Origin: an uncultured Oscillospiraceae bacterium
GTDB taxonomy: Bacteria > Bacillota > Clostridia > Oscillospirales > Oscillospiraceae
DNA: 64,000 bases
Assembly: GCA_934622035.1 (NCBI GenBank)
Contig: CAKTVG010000003.1
Span: forward strand, 465-64,464
Direction: 5' to 3'
Shown: positions 48,931 through 58,556 of the stretch, one piece after another
Layout of the letters: each line of letters starts with the position of its first letter
Position numbering within the stretch: the stretch's first letter is position 1
Translations under genes and position numbers: made by a program
Notes under the pieces: model-generated
What the model saw: only the letters and a program-made list of their open reading frames with translations
Database searches by the model: none
Told to the model about the DNA's origin: nothing

Positions 48931-51900
48931 TTATTTCAGCACCACGGCGCTCTCTCCGAGAAGTGCACGCAGCTCCGCAAGCATGTCCGCGCGAAGCGAG
49001 CAGCGCGTTCCACGGCGCACGCCGCTGTCGGCATAGTACAAAACCGCCGGCAGCTCGCCCGGGAACATGTTCAAAATGGCCCTGGTCTTTCTGTCCTCCG
49101 CACTGCCCTCCGCCGGGAGCTTGAGGTAGAGCTTCTGCGCCTGCTGCACGGGCGCTGCCGCGGCAACCTCGGCAATTGGCCGGGCGTCGTTGAGCACCAT
49201 TTGCGGCGCCTTTTCATCGCGGACAGACAGCCGCCCCTCCGCCACAACCGGCGTGTTTTCCTTCAGATAGGAACCGCTGCGTGCAATCACATTGGAAAAG
49301 GCCAGCAGCTCCATGGAGGCGGTGTCGTCCTCCAGCGTCACATAGGCCATCATGGAATTATTGCGCGTGGTCTTCATGCGCACGGTTTCCACAATGCCCG
49401 CAATGCGCACGACCTGCTCGTCGCGGTAGACGCCGTCGTTGTTTTCAAAGGATTCCAGAATCCGCAGAATGGGAATCACACCGCTGCCCTTGAGCTGCTT
49501 GCGGTATTCGTCCATGGGGTGGCCGGAAAGATAGAGGCCGATCGTTTCCTTTTCCAGCTGCATGAGATCGTTTCTGGCAAGCTCCGGCAGCTCGGGGACG
49601 GGAATCTGCCGGTGCTCCTCCGGCGCAAGGAAGTCAAAGAGCTGAAGCTGCCCTTCCACATTGCGCCGCTTCATGTCCGTGACGGAGTCGAGCACCGTCT
49701 CGTAAATGTAAAGCAGCTGAGAGCGCCGCAGGCCGAAGCAATCCATCGCGCCGCATTTGATCAGGTTTTCCACGGCGCGCTTGTTGAGGTCGGACTCATA
49801 CATCCGCTCCGCGAAATTCTCAAGGGAGGTGAATGCGCCGTCCTTTTCCCGCTCCGCCATCAGCTGACGGATCAGGCCGCGGCCGATGTTCTTCACCGCG
49901 CCGAGGCCAAAGCGGATACCCTCCGGCTCGACGGTAAACTTGTCCTCCGAGACGTTGATGTCCGGGTGCAGCAGCGCAATGCCCATCTCCTTGCAGTCGG
50001 CGATATACCCGGCTGTTTTGGTCGTGTTATCCAGCACGGAGGTCAGCAGTGCCGCCATGTATTCCTTTGGGTAATGGCACTTCAGATACGCTGTGTCATA
50101 AGACACCTTGGCATAGCAGACCGCATGCGCCTTATTGAACGCATAGTTCGCAAAATCTAGGATTTCCTTGTAAATTGCCTGTGCGGCAGATTCGCTGACG
50201 CCGTTGGCAATCGCGCCCGGAATGCCGCGCTCCGGGTCGCCGTAGACAAACGCCTTCTGCTCGGCGAGGATGACCTTTTCCTTCTTTTTGGAAATGGCAC
50301 GGCGCATATTATCCGCCTGGCCAAGGCTGTAGCCGCCCAGCTTGCGGAAAATCTCAATGACCTGCTCCTGATAGACGATGCATCCATAGGTGACAGCAAG
50401 GATCGGCGCCAGCTGCTCGCAGAGATAGGTGATCTTCTCCGGATGGAGCTTATTGTCAATAAAGCGCGGAATGGAGTCCATGGGGCCGGGGCGGTAGAGC
50501 GCCACAATCGCGGTCATGTCTTCAATGGACTGCGGCCGCATGTTGACACAGACATTCGTAATACCTGCGGATTCCAGCTGAAACACACCCGCCGTCTTGC
50601 CCTCGGAGAGCATACGGAACGTCTCCGGGTCGTCGTCCGGGATGTTCTTCATGGAAAACTCCGGCGTGTGGCGGCGGATGGTCTTCTCCGCATCGTCGAT
50701 GACCGTCAGGTTGCGCAGGCCGAGAAAGTCCATCTTGAGCAGGCCCAGCTCCTCTATGGTGGTCATGGTAAACTGCGTGACGACAGTGTCGTCATTTCTC
50801 GCCAGCGGGACATAGTCGCAGACGGGATTCTTGGTGATCACAACGCCCGCGGCGTGCGTGGACGTGTTGCGGGGCATGCCCTCCAGAGCGCGCGCCGTAT
50901 CCACCAGCTTTTTCACACGCTCGTCGCTGTCGTACATCTCCTTGAGCTGCGGAGAGACGCGCAGCGCTTCGTCGAGCGTCATATGAAGCGTCGTCGGGAT
51001 CAGCTTTGCCACGGCATCCGTCTCGGCGTAGGTGAAATTCAGCGCCCGGCCGACATCGCGAATGGCGGCACGCGCCGCCATGGTTCCGAAGGTAACGATC
51101 TGCGCAACGCGGTCCTTACCGTATTTACGCATGACATAGTCGATGACCTCGCCGCGCCGCTCCTGACAGAAATCCGTGTCAAAATCCGGCATGCTCACGC
51201 GTTCCGGATTCAGGAAGCGCTCGAAGATGAGGGCATACTGCATCGGATCCATCTCGGTAATGTGCATGCAGTAGGCCGCGATGGAGCCCGCGCCGGAGCC
51301 GCGCCCCGGCCCGACGGGAATCCCCTCGGCCTTCGCCCAGCGGATAAAGTCCGCCACGATCAGGTAGTATTCCACGTAGCCCATGCGCTCGACGACACTC
51401 ATTTCGTAGTCCAGGCGCTCGCGGTAGCTCGCAGGGGCGTTGGGATAGCGCTCGGCAAAGCCCTCGTTGCAAAGGCGGTGGAAGTATTCCAGCGGCGTTG
51501 AGCCGTCCGGCGGGACAAATTCCGGCAGATGATACTTGCCGAAAGTAAATTCTACATTGCAGCGTTCCGCAATTTTCTGCGTATTCTCAAAGGCCTCGGG
51601 GACATTGGGAAACAGCTCCCGCATCTCGTCCTCGGACTTGATATAAAACTCCTGCGTCTCAAAGCGCATGCGGTTGGCGTCCTCAACCGTCTTGCCCGTC
51701 TGGATGCACAGCAGGACGTCCTGCATATAGCTGTCCTCGCGCGTCAGATAATGCGCGTCGTTCGTCGCCACCAGCGGCAGGCCGGTCTCCTTTGCAATGC
51801 GCAGAATGCCGCGGTTGACCTCCCGCTGCTCCTCCAGACCGTGATCCTGCAATTCGAGGTAAAAGTGCTCTTTGCCGAAAATCTCCTCCAGCTCCAGCGC

Positions 51901-52371
51901 ATACTGCTTCGCGCCCTCATAGTCGTTGGCCCGCAGACGGCGCGGAATGGCGCCGGCGAGGCAGGCGGACAGCGCGATCAGTCCCTCAGAGTGCCTGCGC
52001 AGCAGATCGAGGTCGATACGCGGCTTGACATAAAAGCCGTCAAGAAAGGCGCGGGAGACCAGATAGCTCAGATTGCGGTAGCCCGTTTCGTTTTCGCACA
52101 GCAGAACCAGGTGCTGCGCCTCGTTGTCGATGCCATGTGTGCGGTCGGCCATCGTGCGCGGTGCAACATAGACCTCGCAGCCGATGATGGGCTTGATGCC
52201 CGCCGCCTTGGCCGCACGGTAAAAATCGATCACGCCGTACATTACGCCGTGGTCCGTAATCGCCACGGCGTTCTGTCCCAGCGCCTTCACCCGCTCGATG
52301 AGCTTGGGAATCCGGCAGGCGCCATCGAGCAGGCTGTATTCTGTATGGACATGTAAATGAACAAAAGACAT
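48931..52371 (-). CDS. dnaE: DNA polymerase III alpha subunit (DnaE type)
   Basis: 1146 aa with an N-terminal PHP domain (FVHLHVHTEYSLLDG), a polymerase core and an OB fold. Confidence 0.95.
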   Translation of the reverse strand: MSFVHLHVHTEYSLLDGACRIPKLIERVKALGQNAVAITDHGVMYGVIDFYRAAKAAGIKPIIGCEVYVAPRTMADRTHGIDNEAQHLVLLCENETGYRNLSYLVSRAFLDGFYVKPRIDLDLLRRHSEGLIALSACLAGAIPRRLRANDYEGAKQYALELEEIFGKEHFYLELQDHGLEEQREVNRGILRIAKETGLPLVATNDAHYLTREDSYMQDVLLCIQTGKTVEDANRMRFETQEFYIKSEDEMRELFPNVPEAFENTQKIAERCNVEFTFGKYHLPEFVPPDGSTPLEYFHRLCNEGFAERYPNAPASYRERLDYEMSVVERMGYVEYYLIVADFIRWAKAEGIPVGPGRGSGAGSIAAYCMHITEMDPMQYALIFERFLNPERVSMPDFDTDFCQERRGEVIDYVMRKYGKDRVAQIVTFGTMAARAAIRDVGRALNFTYAETDAVAKLIPTTLHMTLDEALRVSPQLKEMYDSDERVKKLVDTARALEGMPRNTSTHAAGVVITKNPVCDYVPLARNDDTVVTQFTMTTIEELGLLKMDFLGLRNLTVIDDAEKTIRRHTPEFSMKNIPDDDPETFRMLSEGKTAGVFQLESAGITNVCVNMRPQSIEDMTAIVALYRPGPMDSIPRFIDNKLHPEKITYLCEQLAPILAVTYGCIVYQEQVIEIFRKLGGYSLGQADNMRRAISKKKEKVILAEQKAFVYGDPERGIPGAIANGVSESAAQAIYKEILDFANYAFNKAHAVCYAKVSYDTAYLKCHYPKEYMAALLTSVLDNTTKTAGYIADCKEMGIALLHPDINVSEDKFTVEPEGIRFGLGAVKNIGRGLIRQLMAEREKDGAFTSLENFAERMYESDLNKRAVENLIKCGAMDCFGLRRSQLLYIYETVLDSVTDMKRRNVEGQLQLFDFLAPEEHRQIPVPELPELARNDLMQLEKETIGLYLSGHPMDEYRKQLKGSGVIPILRILESFENNDGVYRDEQVVRIAGIVETVRMKTTRNNSMMAYVTLEDDTASMELLAFSNVIARSGSYLKENTPVVAEGRLSVRDEKAPQMVLNDARPIAEVAAAAPVQQAQKLYLKLPAEGSAEDRKTRAILNMFPGELPAVLYYADSGVRRGTRCSLRADMLAELRALLGESAVVLK

Positions 52372-52373
52372 GG

Positions 52374-53264
52374 TTATTCCTCCGCCATTGCCAGCAGCTT
52401 GCGCATTCTGTGGTTGACCGTGGACTTCGTTGTGGGCGGGTCATGCAGCTCCGCCAGCTCGTTGAGCGTCGCCTCTGGATGCGCCCGGCGCAGCCGCGCC
52501 GTCTCGCGCAGCTTTTCGGGCAGAACCACGCCGCGCTCCTCCAGCTTCCGCAGAGCAGCCAGCTGCTGCTGTGCCGCGTCCACCGCCTTCGTCACATTCG
52601 CCGTATCGCAGTTTGTCTTGCGGTTGGCCTCGTTGCGCCAGTCCTTTTCGATCTTCGCCTGCATAACCGCCATTGCGCTGACCGGCGCGCCGATGCAGGT
52701 CAGGAAATCCTCGATGGAATCGCTCTGCTTATAATATAAAACACCGCTTCCCTTGCGCTCGGTCTGCTTGGCGGTCAGATTCATCTCCTGCAACAGCGCT
52801 TCCGTTTCGCGGATGACCTTGATGTGCGTCGTGGAAAGCTCAAGGTGGTAACGCTTCTCCGGATCGGTCACGGAACCGCCCGCCAGGAACGCCCCGCGCA
52901 GAAAGGCCCGCTTGCAGCAGTCGTTTTCCAGCAGCGCCAGATTGACATGCAGCGAGACGCTCGTCTGCGCCGAAAAGCCGCACTGCTCAAACGCGCGGTG
53001 AATCTTTTCCGGCTCTGTCAGCATATAAACAAGCTTTCCTGCCGCCTCCGGCTCCGGCACGACGTCAAAGCGCAGGGCGAAGGCCCGGCGCAGCAGCCGC
53101 ACCAGCCGCTCTCCGAACTCGCGGTTTTCCGTAACGACCCGGATGCAGTCGGCGGTGAAGGTGTTCGCATACAGGAGCGCACCATGCAGCTCCGCCAGAG
53201 CGCAGCAGCTCTTTCCCGTTTCCAGGCGGCAGAGCTCGCTCTTTACGTTTCCGGAAAATGACAC
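52374..53264 (-). CDS. whiA: Sporulation/cell-division regulator WhiA
   Basis: It has an N-terminal LAGLIDADG-like region and a C-terminal HTH, and sits in the conserved murB-...-whiA neighbourhood. Confidence 0.9.
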   Translation of the reverse strand: MSFSGNVKSELCRLETGKSCCALAELHGALLYANTFTADCIRVVTENREFGERLVRLLRRAFALRFDVVPEPEAAGKLVYMLTEPEKIHRAFEQCGFSAQTSVSLHVNLALLENDCCKRAFLRGAFLAGGSVTDPEKRYHLELSTTHIKVIRETEALLQEMNLTAKQTERKGSGVLYYKQSDSIEDFLTCIGAPVSAMAVMQAKIEKDWRNEANRKTNCDTANVTKAVDAAQQQLAALRKLEERGVVLPEKLRETARLRRAHPEATLNELAELHDPPTTKSTVNHRMRKLLAMAEE

Positions 53265-53276
53265 CGTTACTCCTCC

Positions 53277-54191
53277 TCACTCCCCGCCCCAGAGCCGAAT
53301 CTCCGGCTCGAGCAGAATTCCCGAATTCTCCAATACGCGTGTGCGAACCTCCTCAATCAGGCGGAGGACATCCGCCGCCGTCGCGCCGCCCTGATTCACG
53401 ATAAAGCCCGCATGCTTCTGCGAAACCGCCGCCCCGCCGACGGCGAAGCCCTTCAGGCCCGCCTGCTCGATCAACGCAGCGGCATAGCCGCCCACCGGGC
53501 GCTTGAACGCGCTGCCCGCCGAAGGAAGCTCCAGCGGCTGGGACGCACGGCGCTTTTCCGCCAGCTCCTGCATCCGCGCAGAGATTACCTGCGGTTCTCC
53601 CGGCGTTAAGGCGAACACGGTTCGCAAAATCACGGCATTTTTCTTCTGGAAGGCGCTCATGCGGTAGGCAAACGCCTGTCCCTCGCCGTTCAGCGCCTGT
53701 ATTTCACCGTTTTCGTCCAAATACTGCGTCTGCTCTGCCACCTGGCGGATCTCGCCGCCGTAGGCGCCCGCGTTCATATACACGCCGCCGCCAACGGTGC
53801 CCGGAATGCCGTGGGCAAACTCCAGGCCCGTCAAGCCGCAGTCTCTGGCAAAAATTGCCAGCTTTGCCATCGTAACGCCCGCCATTGCGGCAATTTTTGT
53901 CTCGGAGAGGCGCTCCAGACCCGTCAGGCAGTCACGCGTCACAATCACCAGCCCGCGCACGCCCTCATCCGGTGCAAGCACATTGGTTCCCGCTCCGAGC
54001 AGGCGCGGTCGGATATGCAGCTCCGCTGCTGCCTTTAAAATTGCAGACAGCTCCGCCGCCGTCTGTGGGAAGGCCATCAGCTCCGCCGGGCCGCCGATGC
54101 GGAAGGAGGTGTGCCGCGCAAGCGGCTCCTCGCGCCGCCACTCTACCCGCGGTAATTTCTCGGAAAGTACCTCAAACAGGCCTTGACTCAT
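53277..54191 (-). CDS. murB: UDP-N-acetylenolpyruvoylglucosamine reductase
   Basis: The FAD-binding PCMH domain (RIGGPAELMAFP) and the MurB C-terminal domain are present. A TTGCCA-17-TATACT promoter lies upstream. Confidence 0.92.
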   Translation of the reverse strand: MSQGLFEVLSEKLPRVEWRREEPLARHTSFRIGGPAELMAFPQTAAELSAILKAAAELHIRPRLLGAGTNVLAPDEGVRGLVIVTRDCLTGLERLSETKIAAMAGVTMAKLAIFARDCGLTGLEFAHGIPGTVGGGVYMNAGAYGGEIRQVAEQTQYLDENGEIQALNGEGQAFAYRMSAFQKKNAVILRTVFALTPGEPQVISARMQELAEKRRASQPLELPSAGSAFKRPVGGYAAALIEQAGLKGFAVGGAAVSQKHAGFIVNQGGATAADVLRLIEEVRTRVLENSGILLEPEIRLWGGE

Positions 54192-54370
54192 AAATAACCT
54201 CCTAAATTGCAGGGCAAAACTACTCCATGTTAATCATAATTAGTATACCACAACTGCGCATTTGTGGCAATGCTTTTTCTGGGAGGCCGCGGAAGAAATT
54301 CCGTCCGCCAAATCAACCGTATTAAAATAGCGGCTGCCTTTCGGCAACCGCTACAGGAGGTTATTTCTGT

Positions 54371-56626
54371 TTACTTTTCCGTGCGCTTTCTGGCCACGGC
54401 ACAGCAGACAGCCGCAGCGCCGCACAGGAGCAGCAGCGCCGACCAGCCCATCAGGCCGCTTTCGTCGCCGGTCTTCGGCGCATCGGCAAGCTTCGGAAGG
54501 ACGGTGTCCGCCTTGGCAATTTCCCTGGTCGCAGACTCGTCGGCAAAGTACTTGCCGCAGTCCTTGCAGAACCAATACGCGATGTTGCCCTCGGCCTTCT
54601 TCGTCGCCGCCTTGGCAGGAACATGCGTCAAGCCGACATGGTTCTTCGCATCAATCTCGCCGTAAGCCTCGCCGCAAACCTCGCACTTCGCCTTTGCGGT
54701 GCAGGCCGCCTCGCCGCCGGTATGCGCATTGAGAATTGTCACATGCTTTCTTGCAAGGAAGAAGATGTAGTAGCCGTCCTCCGTCTCGCAGCTGACGACA
54801 ACATCAAACGCATCTTCATTCTTATCATACCAGCTTGCCTCGACGGTCGCCGTGTAAACGCCGTCCTTCTCGCTCAGCGCCACATTGGAGCCGACCATAG
54901 GAAACTCATATCCGGCGTAGCCCGTGCAGCCCTCCGGAAGCGCAAAGGTGAAAACATAATCCTGCGTCCGGCAGACGCGATCCGCGCCGGCAATCGTAAC
55001 GGTCGGAATGTCCTTCTTTTCCGTCTCAAAGCCGCAGTTTTCGCACTTCTTCCAATACTTATGGTCGTCTCTCTTCCAGAGGAAGCTGTGTGCTCCCGTC
55101 GGGGCAATAGTCCCGCCGCAGACGGAGCAGACCGTCTCCTCCGCACAGTTCGTGGGGTTGGTGTTCCCGGAATGGTCGCATGCCATCCAGTGCGCCGTCA
55201 GGATGAGATTCTCGGTCACCGCACTGTCAAAGTCATACACGCCGTTGTTCAGATACCAGCTCTCCAGCGCCTGGCCGGCCTTCTTGGGGGCCTCGGGCGC
55301 AGCGGCCCTTTCGCCGGACTGCAAAACCTGCACGGCATACCTCTCGCCGTCAACCTCATAGGTCACGGTCAGGCCGTCGATCATGCCATTTCCTTCCGCG
55401 GTCAGCGTACCATAGAACAGGCCGCCGCGAATGCTGCCGTAAGTACAGGTCACACTGCCGCGGAAAATACCCGCTTCCAGCTTGGCGTTGGCTCTGCCGC
55501 CGGAGGAAAGCGCCGCTTCCAGCTTCACCGCACCTACAAACTGCGTGTCAGCGGTCGCATCCGCGTCTTGCAAAAGCTCGCCGTAAGCGATATATACCGT
55601 ATCCTCGACCGTACCGCCGTCGGCATACATCACGCCTGCGCCGCTGACCAGGTCGCCGCGCAGCGCAATGCCTGCGCCCTTCGGTGCGGTGCAGCCATGG
55701 ATGCTCGCTTTGCCGGACATGGTCAGGCAGCCGTTGTCGCTCGTCAATACGCCGCCGCCCATTGCTTTTGCGGAGCAGCTTTTGATTTCCGCATTTCCGG
55801 ACATCTCAAAGCTTGCCTGCCACAGATACACGGCGCCGCCGCTGTATTTTGCGCTGCAATCGGAAATTGTACCGCCGGTCATCACAGTGCTGCCGTCCAT
55901 GCCGAATATGCCGCCGCCGTTCTGATCCGCCGCGCATTCGGCAATGGTGCCGCCGGTCATTGTAAAGCTGCCGCGGGAGTAGACACCCGCGCCGCCGGAC
56001 GTACCGCAGCCCTCGACCATCAAATCAACACAGCCGACAATGCTGCCACCTTCCATCCGGAAGGTTCCATCGTTGTAAACGCCGCCGCCTCTGCCGGAAT
56101 CGCTGCCGTCCTTGCCTGCGGCGATGCAGCCGGCAATGCTACCGCCCTGCATGGTAAACGTGCCGCAATTATACACACCACCACCACGATAGGTGCTGCT
56201 GTGCTGACTGCCCGTGCCGCCGGTGATCACGCCGCCGTTTATGGTTTTCGTGCCCTTCGCCTCATCGAGCGTCCACAGGCCGCTTTCGGCCACGGTGAAC
56301 TTGTGCTCGGTCTTCGGCGCGCTGTCCTTCAGCGTCAGATTTCCGGCGGTTTCCACCTTGATCACGCTGCCATTGGTCTTGCCGTCAAGCTTCAGAACCT
56401 TGCCGTTCAGGTCAAGCGTGACCGTCCGGGCAATATTCAGGGTGCTGCCGACGGTAATATCTGCCGTCAGCTTGATTTCTTCGGCTGCGGTATCCGCCAG
56501 AGCGGCGGTCAGTGCATCAGCCGTTGCCGCCTCGCGCACCACGGAACCTTCGGCAAACGCCTGAGGCGCCAGCAGACACGCTGCGAGGCACAGGGATAGT
56601 AGAATGCTGAAAATTCGCTGTTTCAT
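54371..56626 (-). CDS. Cell-surface protein with parallel beta-helix repeats, a Flg_new repeat, a Cys-rich module and a sortase-type sorting signal
   Basis: The signal peptide is followed by repeated GGGVYN, GGAGVY, GGGIFG and GGAVYL turns like pectate-lyase or Pmp beta-helices. A Listeria-Bacteroides (Flg_new) repeat ends in LILTAHW. Paired CxxC motifs (CSVCGG, CENCG, CEVCGE, CKDCGK) follow. The C-terminus reads APKTG, then a hydrophobic segment, then ARKRTEK. Confidence 0.75.
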   Translation of the reverse strand: MKQRIFSILLSLCLAACLLAPQAFAEGSVVREAATADALTAALADTAAEEIKLTADITVGSTLNIARTVTLDLNGKVLKLDGKTNGSVIKVETAGNLTLKDSAPKTEHKFTVAESGLWTLDEAKGTKTINGGVITGGTGSQHSSTYRGGGVYNCGTFTMQGGSIAGCIAAGKDGSDSGRGGGVYNDGTFRMEGGSIVGCVDLMVEGCGTSGGAGVYSRGSFTMTGGTIAECAADQNGGGIFGMDGSTVMTGGTISDCSAKYSGGAVYLWQASFEMSGNAEIKSCSAKAMGGGVLTSDNGCLTMSGKASIHGCTAPKGAGIALRGDLVSGAGVMYADGGTVEDTVYIAYGELLQDADATADTQFVGAVKLEAALSSGGRANAKLEAGIFRGSVTCTYGSIRGGLFYGTLTAEGNGMIDGLTVTYEVDGERYAVQVLQSGERAAAPEAPKKAGQALESWYLNNGVYDFDSAVTENLILTAHWMACDHSGNTNPTNCAEETVCSVCGGTIAPTGAHSFLWKRDDHKYWKKCENCGFETEKKDIPTVTIAGADRVCRTQDYVFTFALPEGCTGYAGYEFPMVGSNVALSEKDGVYTATVEASWYDKNEDAFDVVVSCETEDGYYIFFLARKHVTILNAHTGGEAACTAKAKCEVCGEAYGEIDAKNHVGLTHVPAKAATKKAEGNIAYWFCKDCGKYFADESATREIAKADTVLPKLADAPKTGDESGLMGWSALLLLCGAAAVCCAVARKRTEK

Positions 56627-56665
56627 ATTGTCCCCTCCTGAAAAATATGCAAATAAGGGAATCCC

Positions 56666-57616
56666 TTAAAAGCTCTGACCCACACTCTGATCAAAATGAC
56701 GGTTGATCTGCTCCGTGAACTCCGCAGCGGCATTGTAACCCATTTTTTTCTGACGGTTGTTCATCGCCGCAATTTCGAGGATAATGGCGAGATTTCTGCC
56801 CGGCTTGATGGGGATGGTGATTGCCGGAACCTTCACGCCGAGCAGATCCATATACTGATCCTCCAGGCCCAGGCGGTCATAGATCTGCTCCGGGCTCCAG
56901 GGAACGATGTTGATGACGAGGTTGATCGCCGTCTCGTTCTTGATGGAAGCCATGCCGAAAAGCTTCGCAACGTTTATAACGCCGATGCCGCGAATCTCAA
57001 TATAATTGCGGATCAGCTCCGGCGCAGTGCCGATCAGGGAATTGTCGGCAATCTTGCGAATTTCGACCGCGTCGTCCGCGATCAGCCGGTGGCCGCGCTT
57101 CAGAAGCTCGGCAGCGGCCTCGCTCTTGCCTATGCCGCTTTCTCCCATCAGGAGCAGGCCCTCGCCATAGACCTCGACCAGAACGCCATGGCGCGCAATG
57201 CGCGGCGCGAGCGCGTTTTTCAGGTAGGTAATCAGGCTGGAAACCACATAGGAGGTCGATTCCAGGCAGCGGAGAATGGTAATGTCATATTTCTGCGCCA
57301 TTTCCATGCATTCGGGCATCGGCTCGATGTTTCTGGCGAAAATCAGCGCAGGAATCTTATGAGAAAACAGCTCCTCAAAAATCGCCTCCAGCCGCTCGTG
57401 GCTGAGCGTGCGCAGATAGGTGGACTCTGCGTTGCCGATCACCTGAAGGCGCAGGGGTTCAAAATGATTGAAAAAGCCGGTGAGCTGCAAGCCGGGACGC
57501 ATGACCTCTTCGACCATGAGCTGCACCTTGTCGTAGTTCGCCGCCTTATAGCTCACCGTCAGATTGAATTCCTCCACGAGCTGCCGCAGCGGAACGCTGT
57601 ATGAATTCATCGGCAT
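56666..57616 (-). CDS. hprK: HPr kinase/phosphorylase
   Basis: P-loop GESGIGKSE and the HprK C-terminal domain are present. Confidence 0.92.
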   Translation of the reverse strand: MPMNSYSVPLRQLVEEFNLTVSYKAANYDKVQLMVEEVMRPGLQLTGFFNHFEPLRLQVIGNAESTYLRTLSHERLEAIFEELFSHKIPALIFARNIEPMPECMEMAQKYDITILRCLESTSYVVSSLITYLKNALAPRIARHGVLVEVYGEGLLLMGESGIGKSEAAAELLKRGHRLIADDAVEIRKIADNSLIGTAPELIRNYIEIRGIGVINVAKLFGMASIKNETAINLVINIVPWSPEQIYDRLGLEDQYMDLLGVKVPAITIPIKPGRNLAIILEIAAMNNRQKKMGYNAAAEFTEQINRHFDQSVGQSF

Positions 57617-57815
57617 GACATATCCTCCGTGTGTTCTTTTTTATTTTATTATAGTCGATTCTCTGCACTTACGCAAGCTTTCCCGCGAATTCTGAAAAAA
57701 ATATATTTTTTTGAAAATTTTCTCTTGCTTTTCTCGCGAAATTCTGATAATATACATAGCGGCGTCTTCGGGCGCCGGATATTCTGAGATTTTCAAACGA
57801 TTGGAGGTGCAGCAA

Positions 57816-58004
57816 TTGGCAAAGTGCGATATTTGCGGCAAGGGCGTTACGTTTGGCATTAAGGTTTCCCACTCCCATAGACGTTCCAACAGAGCTTGGA
57901 AGCCCAACGTGAAGCGTGTGAAAGCAATCGTTGACGGTTCTCCCCGCCATGTATACGTCTGTACAAGATGCCTCCGTTCCAATAAGGTTGAGCGCGCAAT
58001 CTGA
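57816..58004 (+). CDS. rpmB: 50S ribosomal protein L28 (TTG start)
   Basis: AKCDICGKGVTFGIKVSHSHRRSNRAWKPNVKRV matches L28. The only in-frame start next to the GGAGGTG RBS is a TTG, and no ATG lies between the RBS and the L28 N-terminus. Confidence 0.85.
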   Translation: MAKCDICGKGVTFGIKVSHSHRRSNRAWKPNVKRVKAIVDGSPRHVYVCTRCLRSNKVERAI

Positions 58005-58048
58005 TTTCAGCCGTTGCGGTCAACTCCGACAACTGAACGACGAACTGA

Positions 58049-58146
58049 CTCCCGATGCATTGGTGCACCGGGAGTTTTGTTTTGCCTCGTCTGGCGCTAA
58101 AAGTGCACCCCTGCGAAAGGTCCGCAGGGGTGCGCTTTTTCATTTT
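58049..58146. terminator. Two tandem hairpin terminators after rpmB, the second also serving the convergent gtrA
   Basis: CTCCCG..CGGGAG followed by TTTT. Then GCACCCCTGCG-aaaggtc-CGCAGGGGTGC, flanked by AAAA on its 5' side and TTTTT on its 3' side. Confidence 0.7.
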
Positions 58147-58556
58147 TTCTCTCTGGTATCGATGCTGCCGCGGAAGACCACAAAACGGTCGTAAAGGAAT
58201 TCCAAAACGAAATTCAAAACCATATTCACAGCCGTGACCAGATATTCGTTCCAGTGATGTACCTCCGTCAGCCGGTGCTCCAGCCAGGTGGACGCCGGGG
58301 TGAACACGCAGTAAAACGCAAACACCAGCAGCATCGCCACAGGCACGTTATTTGCCGACTGGAACGTATAGCGCCGGTTCAGCGTAAAGTTCCAGACGAC
58401 CGACAGCACCAAGGCGATCAGATAGCTCAGCCAGTAATCCAGATGCGCCAGCTCGTTGAGCAGCGTAAATGCGCCGATCTGGATGATTCCCGCCGAGACG
58501 GAAAACAACAGGAATTTCAGGGAGCGCAGCAGCTCTTTCTTCTTCATCGTGCCCAC
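58140..58556 (-). CDS. GtrA family small membrane protein
   Basis: 138 aa with 4 TM segments and the GtrA-like consensus (FLLFSVSAGIIQIGAFTLL...NFTLNRRYTF). It overlaps the 3' end of gpsA by 13 nt. Confidence 0.75.
   Translation of the reverse strand: MGTMKKKELLRSLKFLLFSVSAGIIQIGAFTLLNELAHLDYWLSYLIALVLSVVWNFTLNRRYTFQSANNVPVAMLLVFAFYCVFTPASTWLEHRLTEVHHWNEYLVTAVNMVLNFVLEFLYDRFVVFRGSIDTREKK

Noticed and set aside
54623-56599. Long plus-strand ORFs (54623-56599 and 60110-62668) antisense to the surface-protein gene and to der and the lipoprotein gene.
   Set aside because: They are shadow ORFs of GC-rich coding sequence. They have no RBS and their composition is biased toward Arg, Ala and Gly.
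56560-56626. A classical LPXTG sorting signal on the large surface protein.
   Set aside because: No LPxTG is present. The motif before the C-terminal hydrophobic and basic tail is APKTG, so I interpret it as a class-B-sortase-type (PxTG) signal and give it lower confidence.
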